A stretch of DNA of 39,548 nucleotides, taken from NCBI GenBank assembly GCA_040386535.1, contig JAZKFH010000058.1, positions 1-39,548 on the forward strand, in the 5' to 3' direction. The notes below the pieces were generated by a model. It saw only the letters and a program-made list of their open reading frames with translations, ran no database searches and was not told the origin of the DNA. Positions 1 through 9,423 of the stretch are shown piece after piece; within the stretch, counting starts at the first letter, position 1, and every line of letters begins with the position of its first letter. The DNA is from Myxococcota bacterium (lineage in GTDB: Bacteria; Myxococcota_A; UBA796; SXON01). A program made the translations under genes and the position numbers.

Positions 1-181
1 TTGGCCGATTGGGATCGACGAACGTTCCGAATCACATTTTCCCGAACGCTTCTAGCCCGCTGCGCGCAGACGGTTGGCGTCGGCGAGGTCAGGAGAAGTA
101 CCGGCAATCGCGCCGCCCGACGCTCGAGCGTTACCGTCGTCTTCGACCGGGTTGGGATCACGCTCCAAGCGCCGAGCCATC

Positions 182-1519
182 CTACCTCCCTACCTTCCAA
201 TCCGAGGGCCGGAGGTACCCTGCGGTCATTCGAGTGAGCACCTCCCAGAACGTGGCGTAGTGTGCGGGCAGAATGTCCTTGCCTTGTGACATCATGCTGG
301 AGGTGTCAACTCCTCGCCATGGCGACGAAGCGCCCGCCTGGTCCGCGAGGGGCGCCAGCGAGGAGGCGTGCTCCTCACCCGGCTCCCCGCGGTATTCATC
401 CTCGAGTCCGAGCATATGGCCCGTCTCGTGAGCGGCGTAAGAGAACTCGGGTAGCTTCGCGTTCGCGCGTTCTGACTCGGGGATCCGCAGGGTGACGATG
501 CCGCGCTCGCTTTCGCTATCGCCCCACTCCATTGGTCGACCGCTTCGTCCGGGAGCGAGATGACTGAACGCTTCCCCTACCGCGGCGGTCGCAAGTGCGC
601 TCGGCTCGAATTGCCCTGTGTCGCTGGCCTGGGCCCAACCCACCGGCTCCAACGAGAACTGTGGCCCCGAGGGGTGCTTCTCTGACAGCGCGAGTCCCTT
701 GGCCACCGTCTCGAGGCGAGCCAGCTCCCCACTACCCAGCCGCGCTTGGTCACCTCGGGTCTCCACCCGGATGCCTGGCTTGGGGAGGAGAGCGTCGACG
801 CGGGCTTCTTCTGCGTGGACGACGTTGTTGCCGAGTGGGTGGCTCTCGACGTCGTCGTGGTCCATCTCAGCAGTCCCTGGCCCACCCAGCGGTCCGGGAT
901 CGCGGACAGACGGTCGCTGTTCATCTCTCTGCAGGCGGCCCCCTGCGGGTTCTCCGTGTACGGCCACGACGAAATGGGGATTACCCGCGCCGGAGTCCAC
1001 TATTCGAAGGTGGAGCCGCGGAGTCGCCACCAGCCCCTCCCAACCGGGGCGGACGCAGCGGATCGTGTGGGCCCCGCTCCACGTCGACTCGACTACCCGT
1101 GTGTACTTCGCGATGAACTCCTCCTCTTCCGACGGGGTCCACCCGGTTTCTCCCGTCCAGGCGGCCACCGCGCGCTCCGTGAACGAAGCTCCCTCGGGAA
1201 GCGTAAAGTCGAACGCAAGTCGAAGCTCGATGTCGAGCGATCCGGCGCTGGGGTCGAACGACGCGTCGAACCGGCCAAGTCCGGTCGACGGCTCGAAGTC
1301 CTTCTCCTCAAACGTCGTCGCATAGAGAGCGTCGCGCGTCAACGACTCGGCGAGGTCGTCCTCTCCGGTGGGGTCGCAATCCAAGTCGATGCCCTCCTGC
1401 CGGCGCAGGGACTCCTGGGCGAGGGAGTTGCTGCTGCCGAATGAGGTTGCGGCGCAACCGATCGAGGCCGCTCTCGCCAGCGTCTGCGCTTCGGCTTTCG
1501 ATTTTTCATGCTCCGGCAT
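182..1519 (-). CDS. Putative Zn-dependent metalloprotease (metzincin-like, 445 aa), possibly secreted or an effector; central region weakly resembles an OmpA C-like domain
   Basis: ATG at 1519 preceded by GAGGAACAAGA; C-terminal HETGHMLGLEDEY (HExxHxxGxxD) followed by a Met-turn-like SSMMS. The first ~106 aa of the track ORF overlap the neighbouring gene and are probably not coding. Confidence 0.75.
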   Translation of the reverse strand: MPEHEKSKAEAQTLARAASIGCAATSFGSSNSLAQESLRRQEGIDLDCDPTGEDDLAESLTRDALYATTFEEKDFEPSTGLGRFDASFDPSAGSLDIELRLAFDFTLPEGASFTERAVAAWTGETGWTPSEEEEFIAKYTRVVESTWSGAHTIRCVRPGWEGLVATPRLHLRIVDSGAGNPHFVVAVHGEPAGGRLQRDEQRPSVRDPGPLGGPGTAEMDHDDVESHPLGNNVVHAEEARVDALLPKPGIRVETRGDQARLGSGELARLETVAKGLALSEKHPSGPQFSLEPVGWAQASDTGQFEPSALATAAVGEAFSHLAPGRSGRPMEWGDSESERGIVTLRIPESERANAKLPEFSYAAHETGHMLGLEDEYRGEPGEEHASSLAPLADQAGASSPWRGVDTSSMMSQGKDILPAHYATFWEVLTRMTAGYLRPSDWKVGR

Positions 1520-1535
1520 TCTTGTTCCTCGGGGG

Positions 1536-2369
1536 TCAGGGAGTTGGCGGCGGCAACGCAGAGCATCGCGCGACCTCAGCAAACTCGAAGGGCAACGCAT
1601 CCCCACACCAGGCAGGCCGTGGCCGCCACCGCGCGCCCCAGCCCTCTTCGGCGCTGCCGTAGAAGCAGACGGCCAGGGCGTGCCACGCGAGCACGAGCGC
1701 CGGGTCCATGCCGGCCGCCTCTGCGAGCTGGGCGGGCAGCTTCCCCGGCGCCTCGGGTGCGGCCCGCCATCGTCGCTCGATTGTCGTGAGCGCCGCGTCG
1801 GTCGAGCGCGCGAAGCTCGTGCGCTCATCCGTTCCACACCGCGCGATGCGGCACACGCCGTCGAAGGTGAGGCCGCCCTCCGGCTCGGCAGGAGGGGACC
1901 AGAACTCCCCGGACGCCCGCAGCTGACAGTCCGCCACTCGAATCCCTTGGTCGGTGGGTCCCAGGAGCCAGGGGCCGGTGCGGCAGTCCGGGCCGAGGGC
2001 GGCGTCGCGATAGCCGCTCAGGCCGAGGGGGACGGCTGCAAACTCCTCCGGGATCCCGAGACGGGACAGGCGGTGCGCTACCTCGGTGTACTGTGGCGCG
2101 ATGATCAAGAGACGCTCCCAGAAGGGGAACGAGACCGCCTGCTGATCGATCGCTTGTGCCACGCGAGAGGCCAGCGCCGTGTCAGTGCCCGCGTGCAACG
2201 CCCAGCGTGACGCCAACGCCCGCGCAGGCTCGCTGGCGGCCTGGGACAGGTCGATCGCATCGACCCGCTCCGGCCTGTCCCGGAGCGGGCAACGAACCTC
2301 GGGGGTGCATCCGAGCGCCGTAAGCCCCAGGACCACTCCAAGCGGTCCAGGGCGCGAGACGACGATCAC
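1536..2369 (-). CDS. Putative lipoprotein with a degenerate lytic transglycosylase (SLT/MltD-like) domain
   Basis: GTG start, then lipobox-like LTALGC. LSRLGIPEEFAAVPLGLSGYRDAALG...GPWLL and DERTSFARST resemble MltD SLT motifs, but LS replaces the catalytic ES. Start is uncertain. Confidence 0.5.
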   Translation of the reverse strand: MIVVSRPGPLGVVLGLTALGCTPEVRCPLRDRPERVDAIDLSQAASEPARALASRWALHAGTDTALASRVAQAIDQQAVSFPFWERLLIIAPQYTEVAHRLSRLGIPEEFAAVPLGLSGYRDAALGPDCRTGPWLLGPTDQGIRVADCQLRASGEFWSPPAEPEGGLTFDGVCRIARCGTDERTSFARSTDAALTTIERRWRAAPEAPGKLPAQLAEAAGMDPALVLAWHALAVCFYGSAEEGWGARWRPRPAWCGDALPFEFAEVARCSALPPPTP

Positions 2370-2468
2370 GACAATACCCGAATGTGCTCGTCGCACAGGA
2401 TGCGCGCCAGAACAACCCGTTTCATGTATCGTATTGCGTGATGCACCCCGTTGGCCCTCGACCACCAG

Positions 2469-2498
2469 AGCATAGCGCGGCGTTCCGGCCCAGGTCAA
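2469..2498 (-). promoter_or_regulatory. Candidate sigma70-type promoter for the 2369 and 1519 genes
   Basis: Minus strand reads TTGACC-N18-TATGCT, about 100 bp upstream of the GTG at 2369. Confidence 0.35.
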
Positions 2499-2610
2499 CT
2501 GCTCCGCATCGACGTCGACTTGGTTCGTGCCTCGAGGCTCACGTAGATCGTCGAGATGGCACCTCCGCCACCCCACGACGCCGCGCTGCACGAGCACCCT
2601 TCGTTCCGCC

Positions 2611-3141
2611 CTACATCGACTGCTTGCGCGCATGAACGAGGCGCCTCAATTCGGTCGGACCCAGCCCAGCCTCCAGGGGCCCAAGTAGGCGGGCCACGTT
2701 CGGATAGTCGTGCCTCTTCCACGCGTCATCCGCGGCTCGAATCGTGGGTGCATTCGATGCGTTCCAGTTCAGCTCCCGCGAAGCGAGCGCGTCGCGCTTT
2801 GCCAGCTCCTGAATCTGGTTCATGTCCCCGCGCAAGACTGCCTCGTACTTTCCGAAGAGGAGCGCCGCCAACCGCGCCACGGAGGCGTCGAGGCGGTCGA
2901 GTCGCAGGAAAAGCGAGCGCCTGCCCTCTGCCCCTTCGACCTCAGTCACGGTGACACGTTGCGCCGTTGGCCCTGTTGTCGCGATCTCCAAGTCGAGCGC
3001 GCCGCGGGGGTCGAACACGACCGAGATCTGAACGTCATGCCGCCAGAACGTGACAGTGTACGGGCCAGGTTCAGACATCTTGAAGCCGAACCGGCCCAGC
3101 GCCGCGAAATGATCCTCCACGGTCTCTGGGAAGCTCGTCAT
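2611..3141 (-). CDS. Hypothetical protein (176 aa)
   Basis: ATG-initiated ORF with globular-protein composition, filling the gap between flanking genes; short helical, TPR-like C-terminus. Confidence 0.6.
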   Translation of the reverse strand: MTSFPETVEDHFAALGRFGFKMSEPGPYTVTFWRHDVQISVVFDPRGALDLEIATTGPTAQRVTVTEVEGAEGRRSLFLRLDRLDASVARLAALLFGKYEAVLRGDMNQIQELAKRDALASRELNWNASNAPTIRAADDAWKRHDYPNVARLLGPLEAGLGPTELRRLVHARKQSM

Positions 3142-3182
3142 GCACCCGTACTATCCCCCTCCGGGCGGGCGCCCCCTGTCGA

Positions 3183-4340
3183 TCAGATCTCGACCGTCGT
3201 CTGCAACCACACCCAAGCGTCCGGCTGCCTATCAGCCGCCCAGAGGAACACCGAGGTTCCGCCGGCGACCGAGAGCCGCTGGCCGAGCTTGCCGCTGAGC
3301 CAGAGATCGGCTTCCTCGCCGGTCAGGGTGTCCTTCTGGGCGGGCGCCGCCGCGGCGAAGACGTGGGCGTCGAGGTTCACGCCGAGGCCGTCGACCGGCT
3401 TGATGCCGAGCTTCAGGGCGCCGTCGTGCAGCCCCTGGCCGTCGATGGCGCCGCCGACCGTGAAGGCGACGATGTCCATGAGGCCGTAGAACTTGTGGTT
3501 GGTCGCGTACAGCGTATCGAACGTGGTGAGCTTGCCGTCGGTGGCGTCGGCGTCGCCGCTGAGGAGGTCGTACCAGGCGGTCACGCTCGGCTCCACCCCG
3601 CCCGGCGGCGCCCACGTGCCGCGCACGCCCACCATCCCGGACTGGATCGCGCTCGTGCCGACGGAGCCGACCTGGCCGTAGGCCTCGACGCGCCCCGAGA
3701 ACGCGCCCGTGCCGGCCTGGGCGTACACGCCGCCGGTGACCCGCGTCCGCTCGAGCGTCTCGTCGGTGTCGACGATGGCGAGCACGTCGACGGTCGAGGA
3801 CTTCGTGGGGGCGACGCCCGCGCGGACGAAGCCCATCAGCGCGTTGGTGAGGGCCACCGGGGAGCTGGTGTCGGCGAGCACGGCGGCGCCCGCGTCGAGG
3901 CTGAACGTGCCACCGTTGGCGCGCACCACGGCGGCGTCGAAGGCCCGCCCCTGTTGAGTCCAGTCCACGGCGCCGATGAGCCGCTGCTCCTCGACGACGA
4001 TCTCCTGGCGGCCGACCTTGACGCCGACGTGCTCGTTGGGCGTCCACTGGGCCCAGCCCTCGTGGAGGTCGATTGTGTCACCGGTGAAATCGAGCAGGGT
4101 GTTCGCCTCGCTGCCCCACACGCGAACGTCCTGGAACGTGACACGGAGGGACACCTTGGGGAAGGTGGCGCCGACGCCGAGCCGGGTGCGCTGGGAGACG
4201 AAGAAGGTCTCCGCGCCGGCGGCGCCGTCCTTGCCGGTGCTGAACTCCAGTCGGGGGCGGACCTGCGCGTGCACCTCGATCGGAGCAGCATCTTCGGCGA
4301 AGGCGGGGGCGGCGAGGAGCAGCGAGAGCGTGGTAAGCAC
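3183..4340 (-). CDS. Alginate export family outer-membrane beta-barrel porin (385 aa)
   Basis: GGAGGA RBS before GTG at 4340; signal peptide (LLLAAPAFA); motifs QRTRLG, GRQEI..EEQRLIGAVDW.QQGRAFD and TNHKFYGLMD typical of the family. Confidence 0.8.
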   Translation of the reverse strand: MLTTLSLLLAAPAFAEDAAPIEVHAQVRPRLEFSTGKDGAAGAETFFVSQRTRLGVGATFPKVSLRVTFQDVRVWGSEANTLLDFTGDTIDLHEGWAQWTPNEHVGVKVGRQEIVVEEQRLIGAVDWTQQGRAFDAAVVRANGGTFSLDAGAAVLADTSSPVALTNALMGFVRAGVAPTKSSTVDVLAIVDTDETLERTRVTGGVYAQAGTGAFSGRVEAYGQVGSVGTSAIQSGMVGVRGTWAPPGGVEPSVTAWYDLLSGDADATDGKLTTFDTLYATNHKFYGLMDIVAFTVGGAIDGQGLHDGALKLGIKPVDGLGVNLDAHVFAAAAPAQKDTLTGEEADLWLSGKLGQRLSVAGGTSVFLWAADRQPDAWVWLQTTVEI

Positions 4341-4577
4341 GATTTCCTCCAAGGAACGGGTGGAGCTCTCATTGCAACCTGCGTGCCGGCTGGCGGGCTT
4401 GGGTGAAACGTGGCCTGTGTCCAAGCGATCCTCCCCCGGGCGTGCTCCGGAGCGGGCGCCGCCGCCGTGTCCCGTGGCCCATCCCCTGTGGGATCCGGGC
4501 CCCGTCAAAAGACGGGTGGAAACTAGGAATGAAGGAATTGGGGCCACGCGCGCGCAGTGCGTTACGGGAGCGTTCCC

Positions 4578-5063
4578 ATGCGCTTCGCCCCCGCCCTCGC
4601 CGTCGCCAGCTTCGGGCTCCTCGTGGGCCTCGGCGGCACGACGTTCAACTACGCCGGCGGGCTCTCGTACATGAGCGAGGACCCGACGGCGTGCGTGAAC
4701 TGTCACATCATGCGGCCGCAGTACGATGGTTGGCAGAAGGCCAGCCACCACACGGTCGCCACGTGTGTGGACTGTCACCTGCCGGATGAGTTCGCGTACA
4801 AATACTTCGCCAAGGCCCGCAACGGCTGGTTCCACTCGAAGGGCTTCACGTTGCAGGACTTCCCCGAGCCCATCCGGATCACGCCGCCGAACGCCACGAT
4901 CCTTCAGGCGAACTGCGAGCGTTGCCACGGCCCGCTCGTACACGACGCGAGCGCCGCGAGCGGCGCACCGACCTGTACCCATTGCCACGACGACGTGGGG
5001 CACGGCGAGCGGGTGGGCCTCGGCGGCCCCATCCACGGCGATCCGCTCCAGGAGCTCAAATGA
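4578..5063 (+). CDS. nrfH: Cytochrome c nitrite reductase small subunit NrfH (tetraheme, NapC/NirT family)
   Basis: N-terminal TM helix; [16 protein letters not shown]; four CxxCH motifs (CVNCH, CVDCH, CERCH, CTHCH); ATGA overlap with nrfA. Confidence 0.93.
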   Translation: MRFAPALAVASFGLLVGLGGTTFNYAGGLSYMSEDPTACVNCHIMRPQYDGWQKASHHTVATCVDCHLPDEFAYKYFAKARNGWFHSKGFTLQDFPEPIRITPPNATILQANCERCHGPLVHDASAASGAPTCTHCHDDVGHGERVGLGGPIHGDPLQELK

Positions 5064-6562
5064 ACACGCAACGCACCTGGCCCTACTTCGTCCTCGCCTT
5101 CGTCTGCGCCGCGGCGGCGGCGGGGGTCACCGCGCTCTTGCTGGACGTGAACCTCCACAAGGTCGAGGAGCGGACGCCCTTCGTGCGCGTGGCCGAGGTG
5201 ACGGAGGACACCACCGATCCCGCGGTGTGGGGCAAGAACTGGCCGAAGCAGTACGACCTGTACAAGCTCACCGCCGAGTCCACCAAGACCCGGTTCGGCG
5301 GCCACGGCGGCAGCGAGGCCCTGCCCGAAGAGAAGATCGAGCGCGACCCGTGGCTCAAGCGGATGTTCCTCGGCTACGCGTTCTCGATCGACTACCGGGA
5401 TCGCCGCGGCCATGCCTACATGCTCGAGGACCAGGAGCAGACCGAGCGGCAGACCAAGCCGCAGTCGGGCTCGTGCCTGCACTGCCACGCGGCGGTGATG
5501 CCGCTCTACCGGGAGCTCGGCAACGGCGACGCGATGGCCGGCTTCGAGAAGACCTCCACGATGTCCTACGCCGAGACGAGCAAGATGCTCCACGACAGCG
5601 GCAATGCGCACCCCGTGTCGTGCGTGGATTGCCACGACCCCGAGTCGATGGCGCTGCGTGTCACGCGTCCAGGCTTCCTCGTGGGCATCCAGGCCCTCGC
5701 CGCGAGCGACGCCGAGGTGGTGGCCATGCCCTCGATCGAGCGTTGGCGCGAGGGGGACAAGGCCACGCCCTACGACCCGAATACGGACGCCACCCGCACG
5801 GAGTTGCGCTCGTTCGTCTGTGGGCAGTGCCACGTCGAGTATTATTGTGGCAACAAGCAGACCCTCACCTTCCCCTGGAGCGAGGGCCTCAAGGTGGAGA
5901 ACATCGAGCAACACTGGAACAACACCACCTTCGCCGACGGTGAGCGCTTCTACGACTACAAGCACCAGGAGAGCGGGGCGCCGATCCTCAAGGCCCAGCA
6001 CCCCGAATTCGAGCTCTGGAGCCAGGGCGTGCATGCGCGCAGCGGCGTCGCGTGCGCCGATTGCCACATGCCCTACATGCGCGACGGCGCCTCGAAGATC
6101 ACGGACCACTGGGTGCGCAGCCCGCTCCTCAACGTGAACCGGGCCTGCCAGACCTGCCACTCGTTCGACGAGAAGGAGATCCTCGCCCGCGTGGACGTGA
6201 TTCAGAGCCGCAACTACGAGCTGATGCAGTCGGCGGCCGACGCGCTGATGGATCAGCTCGACGCGGTCAACGCGGCGAAGGCCGCCGGCGCGACCGACGC
6301 CCAGCTCGCGGCCTCGCTCGAGCTGCAGCGCCAGGCCCAGTGGCGTCTCGACTTCATCGCCGCCGAGAACTCCATGGGCTTCCACGCGCCGCAGGAGGCC
6401 GCGCGCATCCTCGGCGAGTCCGCTGACCTGGCCCGCCAGGGCCAGATCGCCGCCCTAACCTGGCAAAGCCCGCTGGTGGCTGCGGGGGCGCCTGCGAGCG
6501 CGGGAGCAGGGGCGGGCGCGGCGGCTCCGGCCGAGGCGCCTGCGGTGGCGCCGGGGCGCTGA
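5060..6562 (+). CDS. nrfA: Ammonia-forming pentaheme cytochrome c nitrite reductase NrfA, CxxCH variant at heme 1
   Basis: [22 protein letters not shown]; five heme motifs [33 protein letters not shown] diagnostic motif; [10 protein letters not shown]. Confidence 0.95.
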   Translation: MNTQRTWPYFVLAFVCAAAAAGVTALLLDVNLHKVEERTPFVRVAEVTEDTTDPAVWGKNWPKQYDLYKLTAESTKTRFGGHGGSEALPEEKIERDPWLKRMFLGYAFSIDYRDRRGHAYMLEDQEQTERQTKPQSGSCLHCHAAVMPLYRELGNGDAMAGFEKTSTMSYAETSKMLHDSGNAHPVSCVDCHDPESMALRVTRPGFLVGIQALAASDAEVVAMPSIERWREGDKATPYDPNTDATRTELRSFVCGQCHVEYYCGNKQTLTFPWSEGLKVENIEQHWNNTTFADGERFYDYKHQESGAPILKAQHPEFELWSQGVHARSGVACADCHMPYMRDGASKITDHWVRSPLLNVNRACQTCHSFDEKEILARVDVIQSRNYELMQSAADALMDQLDAVNAAKAAGATDAQLAASLELQRQAQWRLDFIAAENSMGFHAPQEAARILGESADLARQGQIAALTWQSPLVAAGAPASAGAGAGAAAPAEAPAVAPGR

Positions 6563-6581
6563 TCAGCGACTCCCGTCGCCC

Positions 6582-6962
6582 TCACCGCCCCGCCCGCTCC
6601 CTCAACCACCCCGCCAACGCCCCCTTGGTCACTCGCCCCTCCGCGACGCCCAACATCACCGCGTAGAGCTCTTCCTGGCCGACGTGGAGCGGGTGGCCGT
6701 TGATCTCCAGGAACACCAGCATCGCGGCCAGGGCAATCCACTTGTTCCCGTCCAGGAAGGGGCGGTTCTGTGCCAGGTGGAACCCGTAGGTAGCGGCCAT
6801 CTCAGCGAAGTCGACGTGCAGGTAGGCGCCATCGAAGCTCGTCTCCGGCTGGGCGAGCGCGGAGAGCAGCAACCCCTCCTCACGCAGGCCGCGGGCCCCG
6901 CCGTAGTGTTCGATCAGCATCGAGTGCACGCGAAGGATCTCTTCCCGCGCGAGGAACTTCAA
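6582..6962 (-). CDS. Fic/Doc (death-on-curing) family protein with a degenerate catalytic motif, possibly a pseudogene
   Basis: H..LIEHYGG..GLREEGLL.SALAQP N-terminus typical of Doc; the motif reads RPFLDGNKW instead of HPFxDGNKR. Confidence 0.8.
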   Translation of the reverse strand: MKFLAREEILRVHSMLIEHYGGARGLREEGLLLSALAQPETSFDGAYLHVDFAEMAATYGFHLAQNRPFLDGNKWIALAAMLVFLEINGHPLHVGQEELYAVMLGVAEGRVTKGALAGWLRERAGR

Positions 6963-6978
6963 CCTCCAAGCCGCACCC

Positions 6979-7764
6979 TCACCGCCCCCGTCGCCGCACC
7001 ACCTCCGCCGCCACCCGGTTGAGCGTGCCGTCCTTGCTCACGTCCACCCCCGCCGCCCCGAGGTCGCCGAGCACCGCCTTCATCTCGGCGAGCATCTCCT
7101 CCTTCTTCTGCACGGTGGCCTTGTACCGGCTGAACGCCATCTGGAGGCGATGCGTGCGCGCCTCGTCGGGGTGGCCGAGCTCGAGGATGACGTCGAGCAG
7201 GGCGAGGAGGATGTCCATCTCTTCGGCGGTGCCGGCCCCGGAGGGGACCGCGGCGTCGAAGGTCGCCTGGAGGGCGCCAATCAGCGTCGGGTCGCCATAG
7301 GAGCGCGCCGCCTCCGCGCCGGGGAGGGGCGCCACGGCGAGCACCGCCAGGATGCGCTGCACGATGCGCTCGTCGCGCACGCCACACTCCGCGAGCAGCT
7401 CGGTGGCCTCGATCCAGCGGCTGCCCTCCATCGCGTGGGGCAGGATGGGCTCCACGACGGCCGCGCCGAACGCGGGGAGCGCCCACGCCGCCGAACGGAC
7501 CACGGCGCTGTCGACGGGGGCCTCGGTGAAGGCCTCGACGAGCGCGGGGACCGCGTCTGGATCGCGGATCAGTCGCAGCACGTAGATCGCGCTGCGCGCC
7601 GCGTTGTTGGCGAAGCTGCCCTCGGGAGCCCAGCCGGCGCGGTCGGTCACCAGGGCGCACAGCCGCGGTAGCGCCGCCTTGCCGAGGGCGACGACCTCGC
7701 GGACGAGGGTGGGGGAGGGCGTCGAGTGGCGCCCGAGATGGGAGATGGAGTCTTTGCGAGCCAT
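6979..7764 (-). CDS. Hypothetical alpha-helical, HEAT-repeat-like protein (261 aa)
   Basis: Repeated helical units such as IRDPDAVPALVEAF and YGDPTLIGAL; strong GC3 codon bias. Confidence 0.65.
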   Translation of the reverse strand: MARKDSISHLGRHSTPSPTLVREVVALGKAALPRLCALVTDRAGWAPEGSFANNAARSAIYVLRLIRDPDAVPALVEAFTEAPVDSAVVRSAAWALPAFGAAVVEPILPHAMEGSRWIEATELLAECGVRDERIVQRILAVLAVAPLPGAEAARSYGDPTLIGALQATFDAAVPSGAGTAEEMDILLALLDVILELGHPDEARTHRLQMAFSRYKATVQKKEEMLAEMKAVLGDLGAAGVDVSKDGTLNRVAAEVVRRRGR

Positions 7765-7835
7765 GCAGCCCGTTACCCGGTCGTCCCCCGCGGGTCACCC
7801 CTGGGTGCGCCGGGCGACCAATCCCACGGGTCACC

Positions 7836-8837
7836 TCACCAAACCCACCCACCCCCCGCGAACACCACCGCCCCATCCACCTCCACCCGCTCCGCCGCGC
7901 AGAACACGTCCACGTGGAACCGCGTCTTTCGCTTGCTGAACCCCGCTTTCGGGTACACCGCGTGTTTGGCCCCAAGTGACATGTGCACGCCACACATCCG
8001 CTCGTAGGTGCTGACATCGGTCACGCGGCGCGTGGCAGTCATGGCACGGTTGATGCCGAAGCCGAGCTCGCGCACCCACACCTGGCCCTCCTCGGCGGCG
8101 ATCTCGCGCAGGATCGCGTGGAACGCCGGGGGGGCGTCGGGCGCCGCCACCACGCGACCCCGCTCGATCACGATGCCGAACGGCGTGTCCATGAACGTGA
8201 CCGAGAAGTCCCCGGCCCCGAACGCCGCGATCCCGACCGTCCCGCTGACCGCCTCGAGATCCACCGGCTCGGTGAACACCTCGCCGATCGGGAACTGGCC
8301 GCCCACGTTCGTGAAGCCGGTATAGTCGCCGACGTTGAGCTTGGCGTCCTCGAAGGGGCCGCCGTAGGTGAGCACGCCGGCCGCGGAGACGACGACGATC
8401 GCCCCCGCCCCGTCGATCCGCGCCTTGAGCGCCGCGCCGAGCCCGCGGTAGTACGCCGGATCGTAGGCCAGGGCGTCGACGTACACGCCCGCCTCGTCCT
8501 CCGGAAGCCGCCCCACGTGCGGGTGTTCGACCACGTGCAGGCCGCGCCGGAACAGCTCCAGCCGGAACCTGAAGTCTCCCATCTCGAAGCGGGTCGACTG
8601 CACCAGGACGACCAAGCTGCCCGGCGGGAGCGCGCCCACGGCGGCCATCACGTCGGGCACGGTCGCGGCGTCGAAGTCGACGAACGCGGCGTGCGGCAGG
8701 GCGGCGCGGTAGCCGTCGGCGAGCAGGCGGGCGAGCGCCGATTGGCGGTCGGAGACCACGAGGGCGGGGGTCGGCGCGGCGTGGCCGAGGGCCTTGCGCA
8801 CCACGTCGTCGAGGTTCCGGGCGAGCGAGTGTTCCAC
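7836..8837 (-). CDS. Aminopeptidase-like protein (thermophilic metalloprotease M29 type)
   Basis: GGQFPIGEVFT, RELGFGIN, ERMCGVHMSLG and FHVD motifs match the M29/aminopeptidase T C-terminal metal-binding pattern. Confidence 0.7.
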   Translation of the reverse strand: MEHSLARNLDDVVRKALGHAAPTPALVVSDRQSALARLLADGYRAALPHAAFVDFDAATVPDVMAAVGALPPGSLVVLVQSTRFEMGDFRFRLELFRRGLHVVEHPHVGRLPEDEAGVYVDALAYDPAYYRGLGAALKARIDGAGAIVVVSAAGVLTYGGPFEDAKLNVGDYTGFTNVGGQFPIGEVFTEPVDLEAVSGTVGIAAFGAGDFSVTFMDTPFGIVIERGRVVAAPDAPPAFHAILREIAAEEGQVWVRELGFGINRAMTATRRVTDVSTYERMCGVHMSLGAKHAVYPKAGFSKRKTRFHVDVFCAAERVEVDGAVVFAGGGWVW

Positions 8838-8845
8838 GGGGAACG
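8830..8845. promoter_or_regulatory. parS-like palindrome (one core mismatch)
   Basis: TGTTCCACGGGGAACG versus parS TGTTNCACGTGRAACA; overlaps the GTG start of the 7836..8837 gene. Confidence 0.45.
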
Positions 8846-8983
8846 TTTATGGCGCGACCGGTCCGGACGCACCGCCAGGGGGCCCGGAGAGCGAGCCGGA
8901 GCCAGGCCCGAAGCCAGGGCGGACGGACCGCGCCGAGCCGCGGCCGCCGCGGCGACGGGGGAGAAGGGGCGGGCGGCCTCGCG

Positions 8984-9310
8984 TCAGGGCATCGCGACCG
9001 TGCACCGCGCGAGGCCGTCGCCGTCGTCACACTCGGTGCACTCCGGCAGGCACGCGCAGGTCACCGGGATGCCGCACGACTCGGGCGCGGCGGTGCATTC
9101 GGGCACGCTCGGCTCGGCGGTGTCCCCGCCATCGCCGGGCATGACGTGGAGGCAGTACGCGTCGGCCGCGCACGCCGCGCCCGAGCAGGTCGCGGTGGTG
9201 TCGGTGTCCACGATGTCCGTGTCCGCGATGTACGTATCGGAGGTGTCCTTGTCGGCGGAACCGCCGGTACAGGCGAGGAGCAACGTGAGCGCGAGCACGA
9301 CGACAGGCAT
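8984..9310 (-). CDS. Small Cys-rich lipoprotein (108 aa)
   Basis: Lipobox LLLAC, Asp/Thr-rich linker, then a Cys-rich domain. Confidence 0.7.
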   Translation of the reverse strand: MPVVVLALTLLLACTGGSADKDTSDTYIADTDIVDTDTTATCSGAACAADAYCLHVMPGDGGDTAEPSVPECTAAPESCGIPVTCACLPECTECDDGDGLARCTVAMP

Positions 9311-9423
9311 GCGGCAGTGTGCCACCGCTCCGGGCCGCCCGCTGTCCCGGTCCCGTCACGGCTACCCGTGAGGCTCCTGCAAAGAACGGCGGATGTCCGC
9401 GGGGCTGGGGTACATTGGCGCCC

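Noticed and set aside
1..181. Short + strand ORFs at the window start
   Set aside because: No recognisable motif; they overlap the protease 3' end and may be only the tail of an upstream gene.
7906..7921. ACGTCCACGTGGAACC as a fifth parS
   Set aside because: Only one good half-site; explained by the conserved FHVD coding sequence.
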